Assembly: GCF_001194135.2 (NCBI RefSeq)
Contig: NC_068987.1
Span: 39,771,193-39,831,150, forward strand
Direction of reading: 5' to 3'
Origin: Octopus bimaculoides
Lineage: Eukaryota
DNA: 59,958 bases
Positions 11,729-24,350 of this stretch are shown here, piece by piece. The position numbers and the translations under genes are program-made. Within the stretch, counting starts at the first letter, position 1, and every line of letters begins with the position of its first letter. Below the pieces are notes generated by a model that worked only from the letters and a program-made list of their open reading frames with translations, did no database searches and was not told where the DNA came from.

Positions 11729-14681
11729 AAGGTGATGACAATATTCAAAGTCCCTCCCTCTCTCTATCTCTATCTATCTGTTTATTTATCTATACAAAGA
11801 TACATACATACATACATACCCCCCCCCAGCCATATATTTGTTGTCGCCCTTTGTACCCCTCACCCCTCCTCTTATATACCTGCCAGTCACCCTTTTTATT
11901 TCAACTCCCTATTCATTTTAGTCATCTCATTCTCTCATCACCTAAACCTTCCATCTCTTATCTCTCTGACTTGTAAACTATGTGTGAATGCTCCTCATAC
12001 CACCCCATCACTCAACCTCCTTCATCCTTCAATAGGCCTATATATGAGAGACTGCACTAGTCCATCCTCATCGCTTTACTTGTGCCCACCTTCCCTTCTC
12101 CATCTATCTCTCCATTTTTATCATCATCCTCTCATTCATATATCTTGTCAATCCAATTGTGATGCTCACTCACTGACCCACTACCATCTTCCTCTCTACC
12201 TCTTTGTTTTTCACCTCCAATCCTCACAACTTCCCCTCCACCTCAAACCATTTCATGTCTGGCTAACCCATGATTTTCACATCTCTCAATAATTGCATCT
12301 ACATCCTTGGTAGCTCCATCTATTTTCTCTCTCTTACACCTACTATCCATATTTACCAATATTGTGTGGGATAGTCTTGGATCCCCTTTAAACAATCTAT
12401 CTCATCACCTTTACAAGTCCATCCCTTCCTTTGTTACTAACATTTAGTATTAATTCCTTCTCTTTCCCCTGCCCCTTCAATACTCCCTTCACCAATATTG
12501 ACTATTCTGTTATTCCACACTATCACCCTTTTACAACTATAAATCTGTTCCTCTTGTCCTCTTTCTTAAAATCATCTATCTCTTTCTCCCTCTTTCTTCT
12601 TCAATTTTAGGGGCACCTTCAGGCCTTTCGTCTTAAAGGTGAGATCACTGAAACTGGTGCCACAAAAAAAAAAAAGCATCCAATATACTGTCAAGTAGTT
12701 GACATTAAAAGAAGCAACTAGGGGCTCCTTTGTGGCTCAATGGTTACTCATTCATATTCCATTCAGAGGCTTTAAGAATGGAGTACCTTTCTCAAAGATA
12801 TAAGTAGCATTACTGAAATAGCTAAACCTGGAGCTGAGTCTCAATCAGAAATTCACTTTGATAGGAGTAAACAAATCCAATCCAGTGTGAATAACTACTA
12901 ATTCAAATAGCCAAATACCTGCATTAATTATCAGCTGAGCACTGTTTAACTTGAACAAACACTTGTGTGTGACAGAAAGCTCTCCACATATCACAAACAA
13001 AGCTGTGTAGTTAAGGAGCTTGATCGCACTGCACCACTGCATGGCCCTTTGCAGAAGTGTCATTATCATAACCTGAGATAGTCCAATACTTTGTGGATGA
13101 ACTTTAGTAGCTCATCATACACACATACACAAACACATGTATATACATTTCGTGGTACAAACAGGGAGAAACAGAACTCAATAAACAAAATGGAATATAT
13201 ATATTTCTTTATTTATTAGTTGTAAAGCTACATAAGAGACTCAAGGACCAAGACTTTCATGCATCACACACATCAAATGTTGGTATAAGCTACGCACAAA
13301 ACTCATGTTACTTATATAGATTTACAGATAATCAGTATCATCATCAGTACATATTGCAAAGCTGAGTTTGTGAGTGTGTGTGTGTGTTGCATCTATAGAA
13401 ATTCACACCTTACAAGATAGCAACCTGGGAGTTGTACCAATGCATTCCTCATGGCCGAAAATGCCCGGAACCGGCCATTTATTATTTTGCTTCCTAAGAG
13501 GTGATAATCCACACTTGAATTTTAACATAAATATCAGGTTATCTGAGATACCATATTGACTTAATAGAGTTATAAGACTAAGCCCCACTAACAAAATACT
13601 TTGATAGATCATATATACAATTTATGTCCAGTTACTTTCTGATTCCTTCACCCATTTCAGCAAATGTAATGAAAGCTATGCTTAATTGATTAGGTCACGA
13701 TAAGACCAAATCATGATCACAGTTGTGTCCCATATGTGTCACGAAAATGAATTATTTTATTCTCTCACTACAAATTTATTTCTAGTTAACTCCTTTTTTT
13801 TAAAGATTGCTATATCGAATAAGTTAACATTAACTTCTATATAAATTAATCTCTATAAACTGAACTGGCTTTGTATCGATATAGCACGATTATAACTCAC
13901 TGGACGAACTAGCAAAAGAGTATATTTGTATGGCACAAAAAATGTAAAACTTTTCACCACTGGAATCTGATATTGATTTTGTTAGGATTAAGAATAAACC
14001 CAATTTTTATAGAAGAAAGCTATGGCTTAATGAATTTAATCTAGATTTCTGGTCTTTATATTTTATTAGAGACAAATGGGATTTGAACAAAAGTGGATAC
14101 AGGGATAAAATATAAATACCATTGTTGTTGGTGATATCAAAATTGTTTAATCAGATTAATATAAAGGTTGTGAAGGTAACTGAACTATAAAAATAAATTG
14201 ACATAGTCATGACTTCAACAAACCATGTAGTTAGTCCCCACATAACAAATCTGATTTTCTCAGCAACTAATTCATTCCTGCTTTATGCTTGAGTTAACAA
14301 TAACACTGCTCCTTACCCACCCTCATAACATAGAAATGCTATAAATGCTACATCAGTATGCAAAGAATTTAAATTAAAAATGTAAGATAAAGAATCTTGA
14401 TTATGCTAGCAATAAAATGCAAAACACTGTCTGTCTGTATGCAAGCTTAGACTTTGACTTAATTTTATATACATGTATACATATAGATATATGTAATCAG
14501 CTATATAAATGCACTCACACACACTTGTATGTGTAATACAAAAGCATGTATATGTATATATATCTGTATATATACATATATGTATATACAGGTCTGTATA
14601 TATGCCTATTCTGTAGTATATGAGTGAGTAGACATATGAAAGAAGGGCACTCAGCACATTTATTAGGAGTTACATGTATGG

Positions 14682-15890
14682 ATCAAAGCAGTTTGATTCA
14701 AACTCCTTGGTACTCTGAGTTTCAAGCATGTCACTAGTTTTCACTTCTTGGAGTCTGAATGAGAGTTTGACTGAAGAGAGTCAATGTTTATTACTGGACG
14801 TTAGCCTGCAATTGGTCAAGGAAGGTCACGTGGTGTCACAGTTTGATGTTGGTATTTCTGTGACAGCAATTACTTGGAAAATATCACACGGTGTACAGGA
14901 AATCGACCATGTGGTGGACTGGAAATTGGTCACGTGGTTGAGGGGGGGAAGTATATACGTGTATATGTGTACATGTATATGACCATACATCTGTGTGTAT
15001 GTATCCATACTTATACGAATGAGTATGTGTACATAGATGTACATTCACATATCTGTGCGTGTGCACACACACACAAATGCACACATATACAAATACACAC
15101 ATGTACACTTTTATCTACATGTATATATACATAAGAGCACATGCACACGTGCATGTGCACATATAAATATTCACATTTACATATGAAAACATGCATGGAT
15201 GCACATGTGTATGGACATGTGCACACATGTACACACATCTGTGCACATGCATACATGCTCTCATGCACATGCACATATATGTGCACACAAGTATATATGC
15301 ATGCGTGTGTAGGTGTGCTTATGCATCTGCTCATTGTATGCATGCACACGGATGTGTGTACACTGGTGTACATGCCCATATATATGTGCACCCATTTGTT
15401 TGCGTATGTATACATGCACACTTATATGAGCATGCATGTGTGCCCATATGCATATATACATGTAGATAAGTGTGCACATGTGTGTATGTATGTTTGTGCA
15501 TGTCTGTGTGTGTGTGTGCATGCGGGGATATGTGAATGTGCATCTATGCACACATACATACTCGTATAAGTACGGATGCATACAGATATGTATATACTTC
15601 CACATTTACTGCCCCTTTCTACTTCCCCCTACCAACCACGTGATCCATTTCCTTTCCACCACATGGTTGATTTCCTATTTACAATGTGGTATTTTCCAAG
15701 TAATTGTTGTCACAGAAATACCAACATCAAACTGTGACACCACATGACTTTCTTGACCAATCACAGGCTAATGTCCAGTAATAAACATTGACTGTTTTCA
15801 ATTAAACTCTCATTCAGACTCCAATAGCCGAAGACTAGTGACACACTTGAGACTCAGAGTACCAAGGAGTTTGAATCAAGCAGTTTTGAT
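14682..15890. repeat. Foldback (long inverted-repeat) element, ~1.2 kb
   Basis: The left arm from 14682 (atcaaagcagtttgattcaaactccttggtactctgag...) is the reverse complement of the right arm ending at 15890 (...ctcagagtaccaaggagtttgaatcaagcagttttgat). Symmetry continues through the CA/TA-rich interior. Confidence 0.9.
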
Positions 15891-16129
15891 ATAATGTTTG
15901 TTTTTATGTTATAAACAATTCTATATTAAAAAACAAGGATTACTCAATACATTTATTATTCTTTAACAAGAATAGTATTGAATAGTTCTGGACTGTGATG
16001 CGGTTGAGTTCATCTTGGCTTTATATATTCTCTGTAAGTTAAAATTTTATAGGGTAAACTGAATTCTGTTGAATGATAATTACTGGCTCATTTTTGGAAT
16101 ATATCCAAAAATAAACTACCGTACTTAAC

Positions 16130-17030
16130 ATTTGATGACATGGAGAAAGCCTTTGACAGGTCCTTTGCTTCTTCATCTGGTGGTTACTAGGGGTAACTGA
16201 GTGGCTGGTGAGAGTAGTCACCAAGGATCAGGTCTCAGCTCCCTTTTGTTAATCATGATCCTCCAAGCCATAACAGAGGAATTTAAAACTGGTTGCTCAT
16301 AGGAGCTCGTCAACGCTGATGATCTTGTTCTTATAGCAAAATCTCTACAAGAATTAGGAAAGAAATTTCATGTGTGGAAACAAGGTCTTGAATCAAAGGG
16401 CCTTAGAGTTAATTTAGCAAAGACCAAAGTCCTAGTAAGTAGAAACTCCATACGATGTATCTAGTGCAAGCTATGGACACAAGGTATAGTAGAATCACAG
16501 GCAGGCTAACAGAGAAAGTAGTCTTTGTGTGAAGTAGATGTGCAGGAACAATAAACACCAAGAACACAAAGGAAGTAGATTTCCTCAAATGCCCTGGAGG
16601 TCCTGACAAATAGTAGATAGTTTCAATCACCTTGACGACTAAATTAGCAATGGAGAAGGATGCTCTGAAGGAATAATTTGCTAGAATAAGAACCAACTGG
16701 GGAAAGTTCAGGGAGTTATTATCTTTGTTGGTAACAAAGGGCCTCTCCCTCTGAGTGAAAGGTAGAAGGAATGATGCTGTCCATACACAGGCATCATTCC
16801 TTCTGCCTGTGTATGGACAGCTACACTACATGGTAGTGAAACATGGGTTGTGACTGTAGAGGACATGTGAAAGAAGTTAAGCCAGCATGTTTCACTAGAT
16901 GAGCAATGTCAGTGTGCATGCATAACTGAGTGTAAAAATTTCAAGAGTAAAACTGGGTATAAGAGAGTGGGTATAAGAGGCATCAGAGGTAGTGTGCAAG
17001 AGAGAAGACTGCACTGGTATGATCATGTGA
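16130..17030 (+). mobile_element. Decayed RTE LINE RT/C-terminal fragment (same family as 52200-55180)
   Basis: Contains gctgatgatcttgttcttatagca (ADDLVLIA), gaatcaaagggccttagagtt, gctatggacaca and tggtagtgaaacatgg, collinear with 53565-54300. Confidence 0.8.
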
Positions 17031-17174
17031 TGCCCCAGCATGGCCACAGTCTAATGACTGAAACAAGTAAAAGATAGAAGATTTCATATATATTAAGATA
17101 TCAAAAAGGTACAAAATCATGGTAGTGCTTCAGCATGACTACAACCATATGGCTGACACGAATAAAAGAAATAT

Positions 17175-17990
17175 CATATATATTATCATCACCAGTTAGG
17201 GTCCCAACTGAGAAGGGTGTCAAGCAAGGAGATACTATCTCACCAAAGCTCCTTACCACATGTCTAGAAATGGTCATCAAGGACATTGACTAGACATGTG
17301 GAGTGAACATCAATGGCAAGCAACTAACAAACTTCTGATTTGCAGATGACATTGTACTCATCGCTGAAACCACAGACCAGCTGCAGACCATGCTGATAGA
17401 GCTGGACACTCAGAGCTTAGTAGTAGATCTTAAAATGAACAGCATGAAAACAAAATAAATGCAGCTGGAAGATGAAGCACAAGGTCAAATAGAGGTGAAA
17501 ATGATGAAGTCATTGAAATAAAAGAGTATGCCCATTTGTGGCAAACAGTGAATATGCATTGAGATACAGAAGCTGAAATTTCGAAGAGAATAAGGGCAGG
17601 ATGGAAGGCATTTAACTCAATAAAAGATATGCTCAAAACAAAACTAGATAACGTCATACATGCCAGACTCTTCAACAGCACGGTCTTACCTGTGCTTCTT
17701 CACTCAAGTAAGAAGTGAACCATCACAAAGAGGATAAAACATTGACTGGCTATGATGCAAAGGGCCATGCTAGGAATATCATTATTCGAAATGAGATAAA
17801 TGGAGAATGGAGCAGAGTGGAGAATGTGAAAGCAGAATACTGAAGGCACAAGTTCCACAGGCCTAGACATGTTGCAAGGTTCACATAAAGCAGGTGGACC
17901 CACACATTCACCGAGTGGAATAAAAGAGATCAGAAAAGGCCACTTAGAAGGACCCCATGACAACGAGAAGGCAATTAAGTGAAGCAGTGT
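17175..17990 (+). mobile_element. RTE LINE RT fragment of a second RTE family
   Basis: EKGVKQGDTISPKLLTTCLEMV...GVNINGKQLTNF*FADDIVLIAET...EAEISKRIRAGWKAFNSIKD...LFNSTVLPVL: RT motifs QG and (Y/F)ADD with stops. Confidence 0.8.
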
Positions 17991-18582
17991 GGGTGATGAT
18001 GGAAAAGAATGATGCAATCAAGTTAGAATTGGAAGTGCATTATAACTAGCAGTGTATAACAGCATCTACAGAATCTGATGTACATGTGTATGGTTGCACA
18101 TATATATGTGGGTGTACATGCATGTTTCATGCAAATGTGAGCTATGCATATATAGCATTGTGCATTTTTAGACGTGTATTTGACTATAATTGTGCGCATA
18201 TGGGTATGTGCACGAGTATATGTGTGTGTGTGTGGATATGTGTACGTGTACATGCATGGTTGCATATATATGTGCATTTATTGGTGTATGAGTGGGTGTA
18301 CATGTATATGTTTTATGCGAGTGTGTGCATATAGGCACATGTACATGGGTGTGCATGCGCACATGTATAGGTATGTAAATGCGCGCATACACGATTGCTA
18401 TGAGCTTTTTTACTTCTTTACTTTCTCCCCTTCGGTCTTTCCCCTTTATTTAATGGTCATTCTAATAGCTCTTTTGTCTGCCTCAATAACTGACAAGATG
18501 CCGGAGCAGGTTTTCACCCCGACATCCGAAACTTGAAGTCTTATTATGGCAACCAAATAATTGTCACATATTATATTACAGA

Positions 18583-18613
<31 letters not shown>

Positions 18614-21199
18614 NNNNNNNNNNNNNNNNNNNNNNNNNNNNNNNNNNNNNNNNNNNNNNNNNNNNNNNNNNNNNNNNNNNNNNNNNNNNNNNNNNNNNNN
18701 NNNNNNNNNNNNNNNNNNNNNNNNNNNNNNNNNNNNNNNNNNNNNNNNNNNNNNNNNNNNNNNNNNNNNNNNNNNNNNNNNNNNNNNNNNNNNNNNNNNN
18801 NNNNNNNNNNNNNNNNNNNNNNNNNNNNNNNNNNNNNNNNNNNNNNNNNNNNNNNNNNNNNNNNNNNNNNNNNNNNNNNNNNNNNNNNNNNNNNNNNNNN
18901 NNNNNNNNNNNNNNNNNNNNNNNNNNNNNNNNNNNNNNNNNNNNNNNNNNNNNNNNNNNNNNNNNNNNNNNNNNNNNNNNNNNNNNNNNNNNNNNNNNNN
19001 NNNNNNNNNNNNNNNNNNNNNNNNNNNNNNNNNNNNNNNNNNNNNNNNNNNNNNNNNNNNNNNNNNNNNNNNNNNNNNNNNNNNNNNNNNNNNNNNNNNN
19101 NNNNNNNNNNNNNNNNNNNNNNNNNNNNNNNNNNNNNNNNNNNNNNNNNNNNNNNNNNNNNNNNNNNNNNNNNNNNNNNNNNNNNNNNNTATATGTCAAA
19201 ATAAACAACAAGGATATCCAAAGTTAATGCAGTACGATCGTTTCATGCGACTCCATTTAATTAAGCAATGTGAACATTACATCAAATATAAAATACAGAG
19301 CAATTCTCAGCTGCACAAAGATATAGAAATTTAATGAAATTACATTTAAACAGGAGGACATATTTATAACTACATCTAAACTTTCCAAGTAGAAAGGAAG
19401 AATACAAAAGATCCATTTTGACTTAATCAGACCATACAGGTTAGTAAATAATTCTAAGCAGATTTTTTACTGTCACTGATTTTATTTGTTTTTTTTGTTT
19501 CTGATTTATGGACTAACTTATCAGGCCTAATGATTCAAAGCTTAAGAGGACACGGACATTTTCTTTTTAGGGTAAGGATTAAACAGTATAGACAGTAAAC
19601 CTGGATGATATAGTTAAAAAATTTCTTAGGGTTTGGTAACAAACTACTATAGGGGGTCGGTTATCTACTAGCAGACCAGTTTATAATGGAGCAGGGGAAG
19701 TCTTATCATAAGGCACCTAGGTCAAACGTATATAAAAATAAAGTTGCTATATTGTATACAGATACAGTAAATGGTTATTCATAGTTTTTATTAATCAGAA
19801 TAATATATCAGTATTGTTTTACTAAGTTTGAAATACTTGAGATACTAATATTCGCTTAATTAATATGTGAATAAATAAAGGCTAATTATAAATTAATAGT
19901 GAAATAAAATGAAATAGTGTATAATAATGTAAATAATCAATTAAGGCAGTATACAAAAACAATGAGGTGGTATTAATTTAAAATGCTCTGGTAAAGTACA
20001 TTTAGACTTATTTACACCAATATAAGGAACCATAGATAAGATGTGAAATTGAAATTTTTATACATANNNNNNNNNNNNNNNNNNNNNNNNNNNNNNNNNN
20101 NNNNNNNNNNNNNNNNNNNNNNNNNNNNNNNNNNNNNNNNNNNNNNNNNNNNNNNNNNNNNNNNNNNNNNNNNNNNNNNNNNNNNNNNNNNNNNNNNNNN
20201 NNNNNNNNNNNNNNNNNNNNNNNNNNNNNNNNNNNNNNNNNNNNNNNNNNNNNNNNNNNNNNNNNNNNNNNNNNNNNNNNNNNNNNNNNNNNNNNNNNNN
20301 NNNNNNNNNNNNNNNNNNNNNNNNNNNNNNNNNNNNNNNNNNNNNNNNNNNNNNNNNNNNNNNNNNNNNNNNNNNNNNNNNNNNNNNNNNNNNNNNNNNN
20401 NNNNNNNNNNNNNNNNNNNNNNNNNNNNNNNNNNNNNNNNNNNNNNNNNNNNNNNNNNNNNNNNNNNNNNNNNNNNNNNNNNNNNNNNNNNNNNNNNNNN
20501 NNNNNNNNNNNNNNNNNNNNNNNNNNNNNNNNNNNNNNNNNNNNNNNNNNNNNNNNNNNNNNNNNNNNNNNNNNNNNNNNNNNNNNNNNNNNNNNNNNNN
20601 NNNNNNNNNNNNNNNNNNNNNNNNNNNNNNNNNNNNNNNNNNNNNNNNNNNNNNNNNNNNNNNNNNNNNNNNNNNNNNNNNNNNNNNNNNNNNNNNNNNN
20701 NNNNNNNNNTATAAGGATAGATTTATAGGGGTGCCAAAAAATAGGTATATCTGAAAGTAATTATGAGGTATAAAAAAAAGTCATGTAGGGTAGAAAAAAC
20801 ACATCATGGAAAAGAAAAAGGGTATAAAATTAGTCAAAACTCTAACATCAAGATGAAGTTAATGTGTGATTTAGTAAGCACAATAAATAAGAATTATAGA
20901 AAGTATTTAATATATCAAATATCTAAAAACTAAACTTATTTAAAAATTTACTTAATTAGCTTATCTCTACAGTAACTACAATCCAATCTAGACTAAAGGA
21001 AAGTTAATGCTATAGTTTGTATTTATAATGACTATAGTCCAATATTAACCACAGGAAAGTTAATGCTATAGGGTGTACTCACTTATCCACTAATTTATAG
21101 ACTAAGATAAACATGATAGATATTAAAATACCATACTATATAAGTTTGCTACTTTCTAAAATATTTAAAAGTGCAAATGGAACAGTGTACACACAATAC

Positions 21200-21440
21200 T
21201 TAATGGTCTAATCTATTATTAATCAGGTTAGAATTGTTTCTGAGTTTAAAAATTTCATATGTTTCCATGGAACATAGCTCGCATCCACATCTGCTATTTC
21301 TATAAGGATGGGCTTTTCTTATAATTTCCCATTTAAGGCTAAAATTGGTACCACTTTCCTTTAATTCCCAAATTTTATTTGATAACAATGTACAATTAGC
21401 CTTATGTTTAAGTCTAGAAGATGACAGATGCTGTGCATTA
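21200..21440 (-). mobile_element. Penelope-like element, GIY-YIG C-terminal remnant
   Basis: CTLLSNKIWELKESGTNFSLKWEIIRKAHPYRNSRCGCELCSMETYEIFK...LINNR matches the typical PLE terminus (LSxxIWxLK...IxWxI...Y...CxLC..E...I...LLNxR). Confidence 0.75.
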
Positions 21441-22135
21441 GAAGACTCGGCAAGCCAAGTGAGACCATAACCCGTGGCCTTTGCCACGGGTGTAGCCAGC
21501 CCACTTAAGCGTACCTTTCCTTCATTGGACACTAAACTCTGCTTGCGAAGAACTGTTGAGGCAGGTGAAATCGAAATCGAACCAAATTCGACGACTGGCA
21601 CCCATTCCAACCTTTCCTTCATTGGACACTAAACTCTGCTTGCGAAAACCTGTTGGGCCAAGTGAAATCAAAATCGAACCAAATTTGATGACTGGCACCC
21701 GTGCCAGTGAAGCGCTAACAGCACTATCCGAGCATGATCATTGCCAGAGCAGCTGTCTGGCTTCTGTGCCGGTAGCACGTAAAAAGCAACATTTGAGTGT
21801 GATTGTTACCAGCGTTGCCTTACTGGCACATGAAAAAACATTTGAGCGAGTCATTTCCAGTGCCGCTGGACTGGCTCTTGAGCAGGTGGCACGTAAAAAA
21901 CACCATTTCAGCATGGCCGTTGCCAGTACTGCTTGACTGGCCCTCGTGCCGGTGGCACGTAAAAGCACCCACTACACTCTCGGAGTGGTTGGCATTAGGA
22001 AGGGCATCCAGCTGTAGAAACTCTGCCAGATCAGATTGGAGCCTGATACAGCTATCTGGTTCGCCAGTCCTCAGTCAAATCGTCCAACCCATGCTAGCAT
22101 GGAAAGCGGGCGTTAAATGATTATGATGATGATGA
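21441..22135 (+). mobile_element. 5'-truncated RTE copy consisting of the 3' UTR with a (GAT)n tail
   Basis: Collinear with 54475-55180. Begins a few codons before the ORF2 stop and ends cgttaaatgattatgatgatgatg. Confidence 0.85.
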
Positions 22136-22457
22136 TACATCATTATCATGTCATATATTAGTCTGATTAAAAAGTAAGCAACGTTTTGAAACATGAAATT
22201 CATCACAATATACTTCAAAAATGCAGAAATTTTATTCATCAAACACATTTTTGCTGAGTTACAAGTTTGTTTATTCACACTTTCAGCATTGGTTTGATTT
22301 TTTAACTACTTCTCTCACGGGAAACCACCAAGGTTCTTGAAAAAGTGGTAGTCAGTAAGAGAAAGGTCTGGGGAATAAGCTGGGTGTACTTTTTTACACA
22401 CACTCATACAGTTTATGACTTAGACTGGCATTACAGCAAATTTCATGAATATAAAAG

Positions 22458-22535
<78 letters not shown>

Positions 22536-23112
22536 TGTGGAGATGTGCATGTTTATAGGCAATTCCTGATGGACACCTATTCAAAGGAAGATGATAAAGT
22601 TACTTAGAATAGTATTCTCAATGTATTAATACCAAGTTTTATTAAAAGAATGAACCCAACTTAAAGGTCATTGTGCTCTGTATATTATTAGGTAATAGTT
22701 AAAGTTGACAAACTTTCAATTTATAAGTTTCTTGCCAGAGGTGCAATCAACAAATGGCTGAAATATTGCTAATAACAACAAAAAATGTTTTAAATCTTAA
22801 TGGAATTATTGTTGGGGTTAAATGTGGCAAGATAGTATGCTGTAGGCTTCAGCTATGGGACATAAATTAAGTTTTTCTGCTGTTGTAATTTGCCAAGTAG
22901 AATTTGCTTGTGTGATGGCATTTTGACATTAACTTAGCCTGTCTTTTCAAAATACTCTTAATTTCTTTATTATATAGTATTTGACTGCAGTGTATAATTG
23001 GCACTACTCTGTAATCTATGTAGGGTATGCTGTTTAACCAGTTGATGTCAAAATAGTCGACACATCATTCCTTCAACTGCTGTAATATCTTGGTACGGCA
23101 TTCTACTTTTCT

Positions 23113-23113
<1 letters not shown>

Positions 23114-23159
<46 letters not shown>

Positions 23160-23172
23160 ACGCGTGTGTGAC

Positions 23173-23242
<70 letters not shown>
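23114..23242. repeat. Compound (GT)n(GA)n microsatellite
   Basis: Direct read. Confidence 0.95.
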
Positions 23243-23245
<3 letters not shown>

Positions 23246-23384
23246 CGAAAATTATATTATTACCACTGAAAATGTTGAGTGAAAGTTTTTGAAGCAAAGT
23301 TATATATCAAGAGGAATTACTCAGCAGATGATAACAAAGAAGTGTACACAAGTATACAATATAGCAAAAATAAATTAACAGTAC

Positions 23385-23447
23385 CTCATAATATTCATAT
23401 TCATCCACATCAAATGTTTCAAAATTAAAGAAACCATTCATAAGAGC
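23385..23447 (-). CDS. CDC14: CDC14 internal coding exon (63 bp, phase 0/0)
   Basis: ttttcag|GCT...GAG|gtactg. Translates [21 protein letters not shown], compare CDC14A [21 protein letters not shown]. Confidence 0.96.
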
Positions 23448-24014
23448 CTGAAAATGAAAAATTTATTGTAAAATGTGAAGAACATATTAAGTGCCAATTA
23501 TATCTTAAAAATTAGACTATATTTTCAGTCATAGGAATACATGGTCTAAGCAAAAGTGGGATTTTAACAAAGACTTCATGATCTTTTAACATAAGCAAAT
23601 GAGCAAACATTTTGAAGAAGTAGTTAAATTGTTTTAATTAACTCTAGTACTTAACAGGCACTTTATTTCATTACCCTGGAAGGAAACATACAAAGTTACC
23701 TCAAAATGATGAAAATTCAGAATAGAAAGGTATGTAGCTAAGTATCAAAAAAAGTCTTTGTCTTATAATTCATTAAGACCATCACCCATTGCACTTTAAC
23801 AATAATAATAATAATAATAATAATGATAGTAATGATAATGATGATGATGTTGAATATCTTCTATGATAATTAACAACCAAAGTATCAAAGCTTATAATGT
23901 GGAGAAAGAAACCCTCTAAAACCTCTGACAACAGGTTGCTGTTTGCTCTCACAGGATCAACCAGGGCAAACAAGACCAAGCACTCTAAGAAGTAAAACAA
24001 TTATTATAATAATA

Positions 24015-24054
<40 letters not shown>

Positions 24055-24109
24055 TAATAATAATTTTTTACTTTCACAAAATAAGGGTTGAGGAAGCATT
24101 AGAACAACA

Positions 24110-24350
24110 ACAGTAATGAGACACAATAATGTAGCAAAACTACTCTACATATACCTGGTTACTCAATTTTAACTCCTCCAACAAAAAGTTTTGTGGTAGC
24201 CATGTAAAGATCTTCCATCAGCCTTAGAAAATAACAACAAAGTGGAAAATTATGGAGCTACAGACAACAGATAATAAGTCTGATATTGTTTTCCATGATG
24301 AAAATAATAGTAGTGTCTGAATTATCAACTGCTAAGCTGGGAATCTAGTT
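24110..24350 (+). mobile_element. Highly decayed Dong/R4-like fragment
   Basis: RHNNVAKLLY...DNKSDIVFHDENN resembles RHDxVAK...NKPDIVxxD. It follows an (AAT)n tract at 24000-24065. Confidence 0.5.

Noticed and set aside
11675-12292. 205-aa L/S/H/P-rich ORF
   Set aside because: It starts in a reversed SINE and runs through a C/T-rich low-complexity tract, where stop codons are rare for compositional reasons.
14826-15747. Many overlapping 70-140 aa ORFs rich in M/C/V/Y/H/T (also 18023-18536 and 59507-59957)
   Set aside because: Translations of CA/TA/CATA low-complexity DNA with no protein signal.
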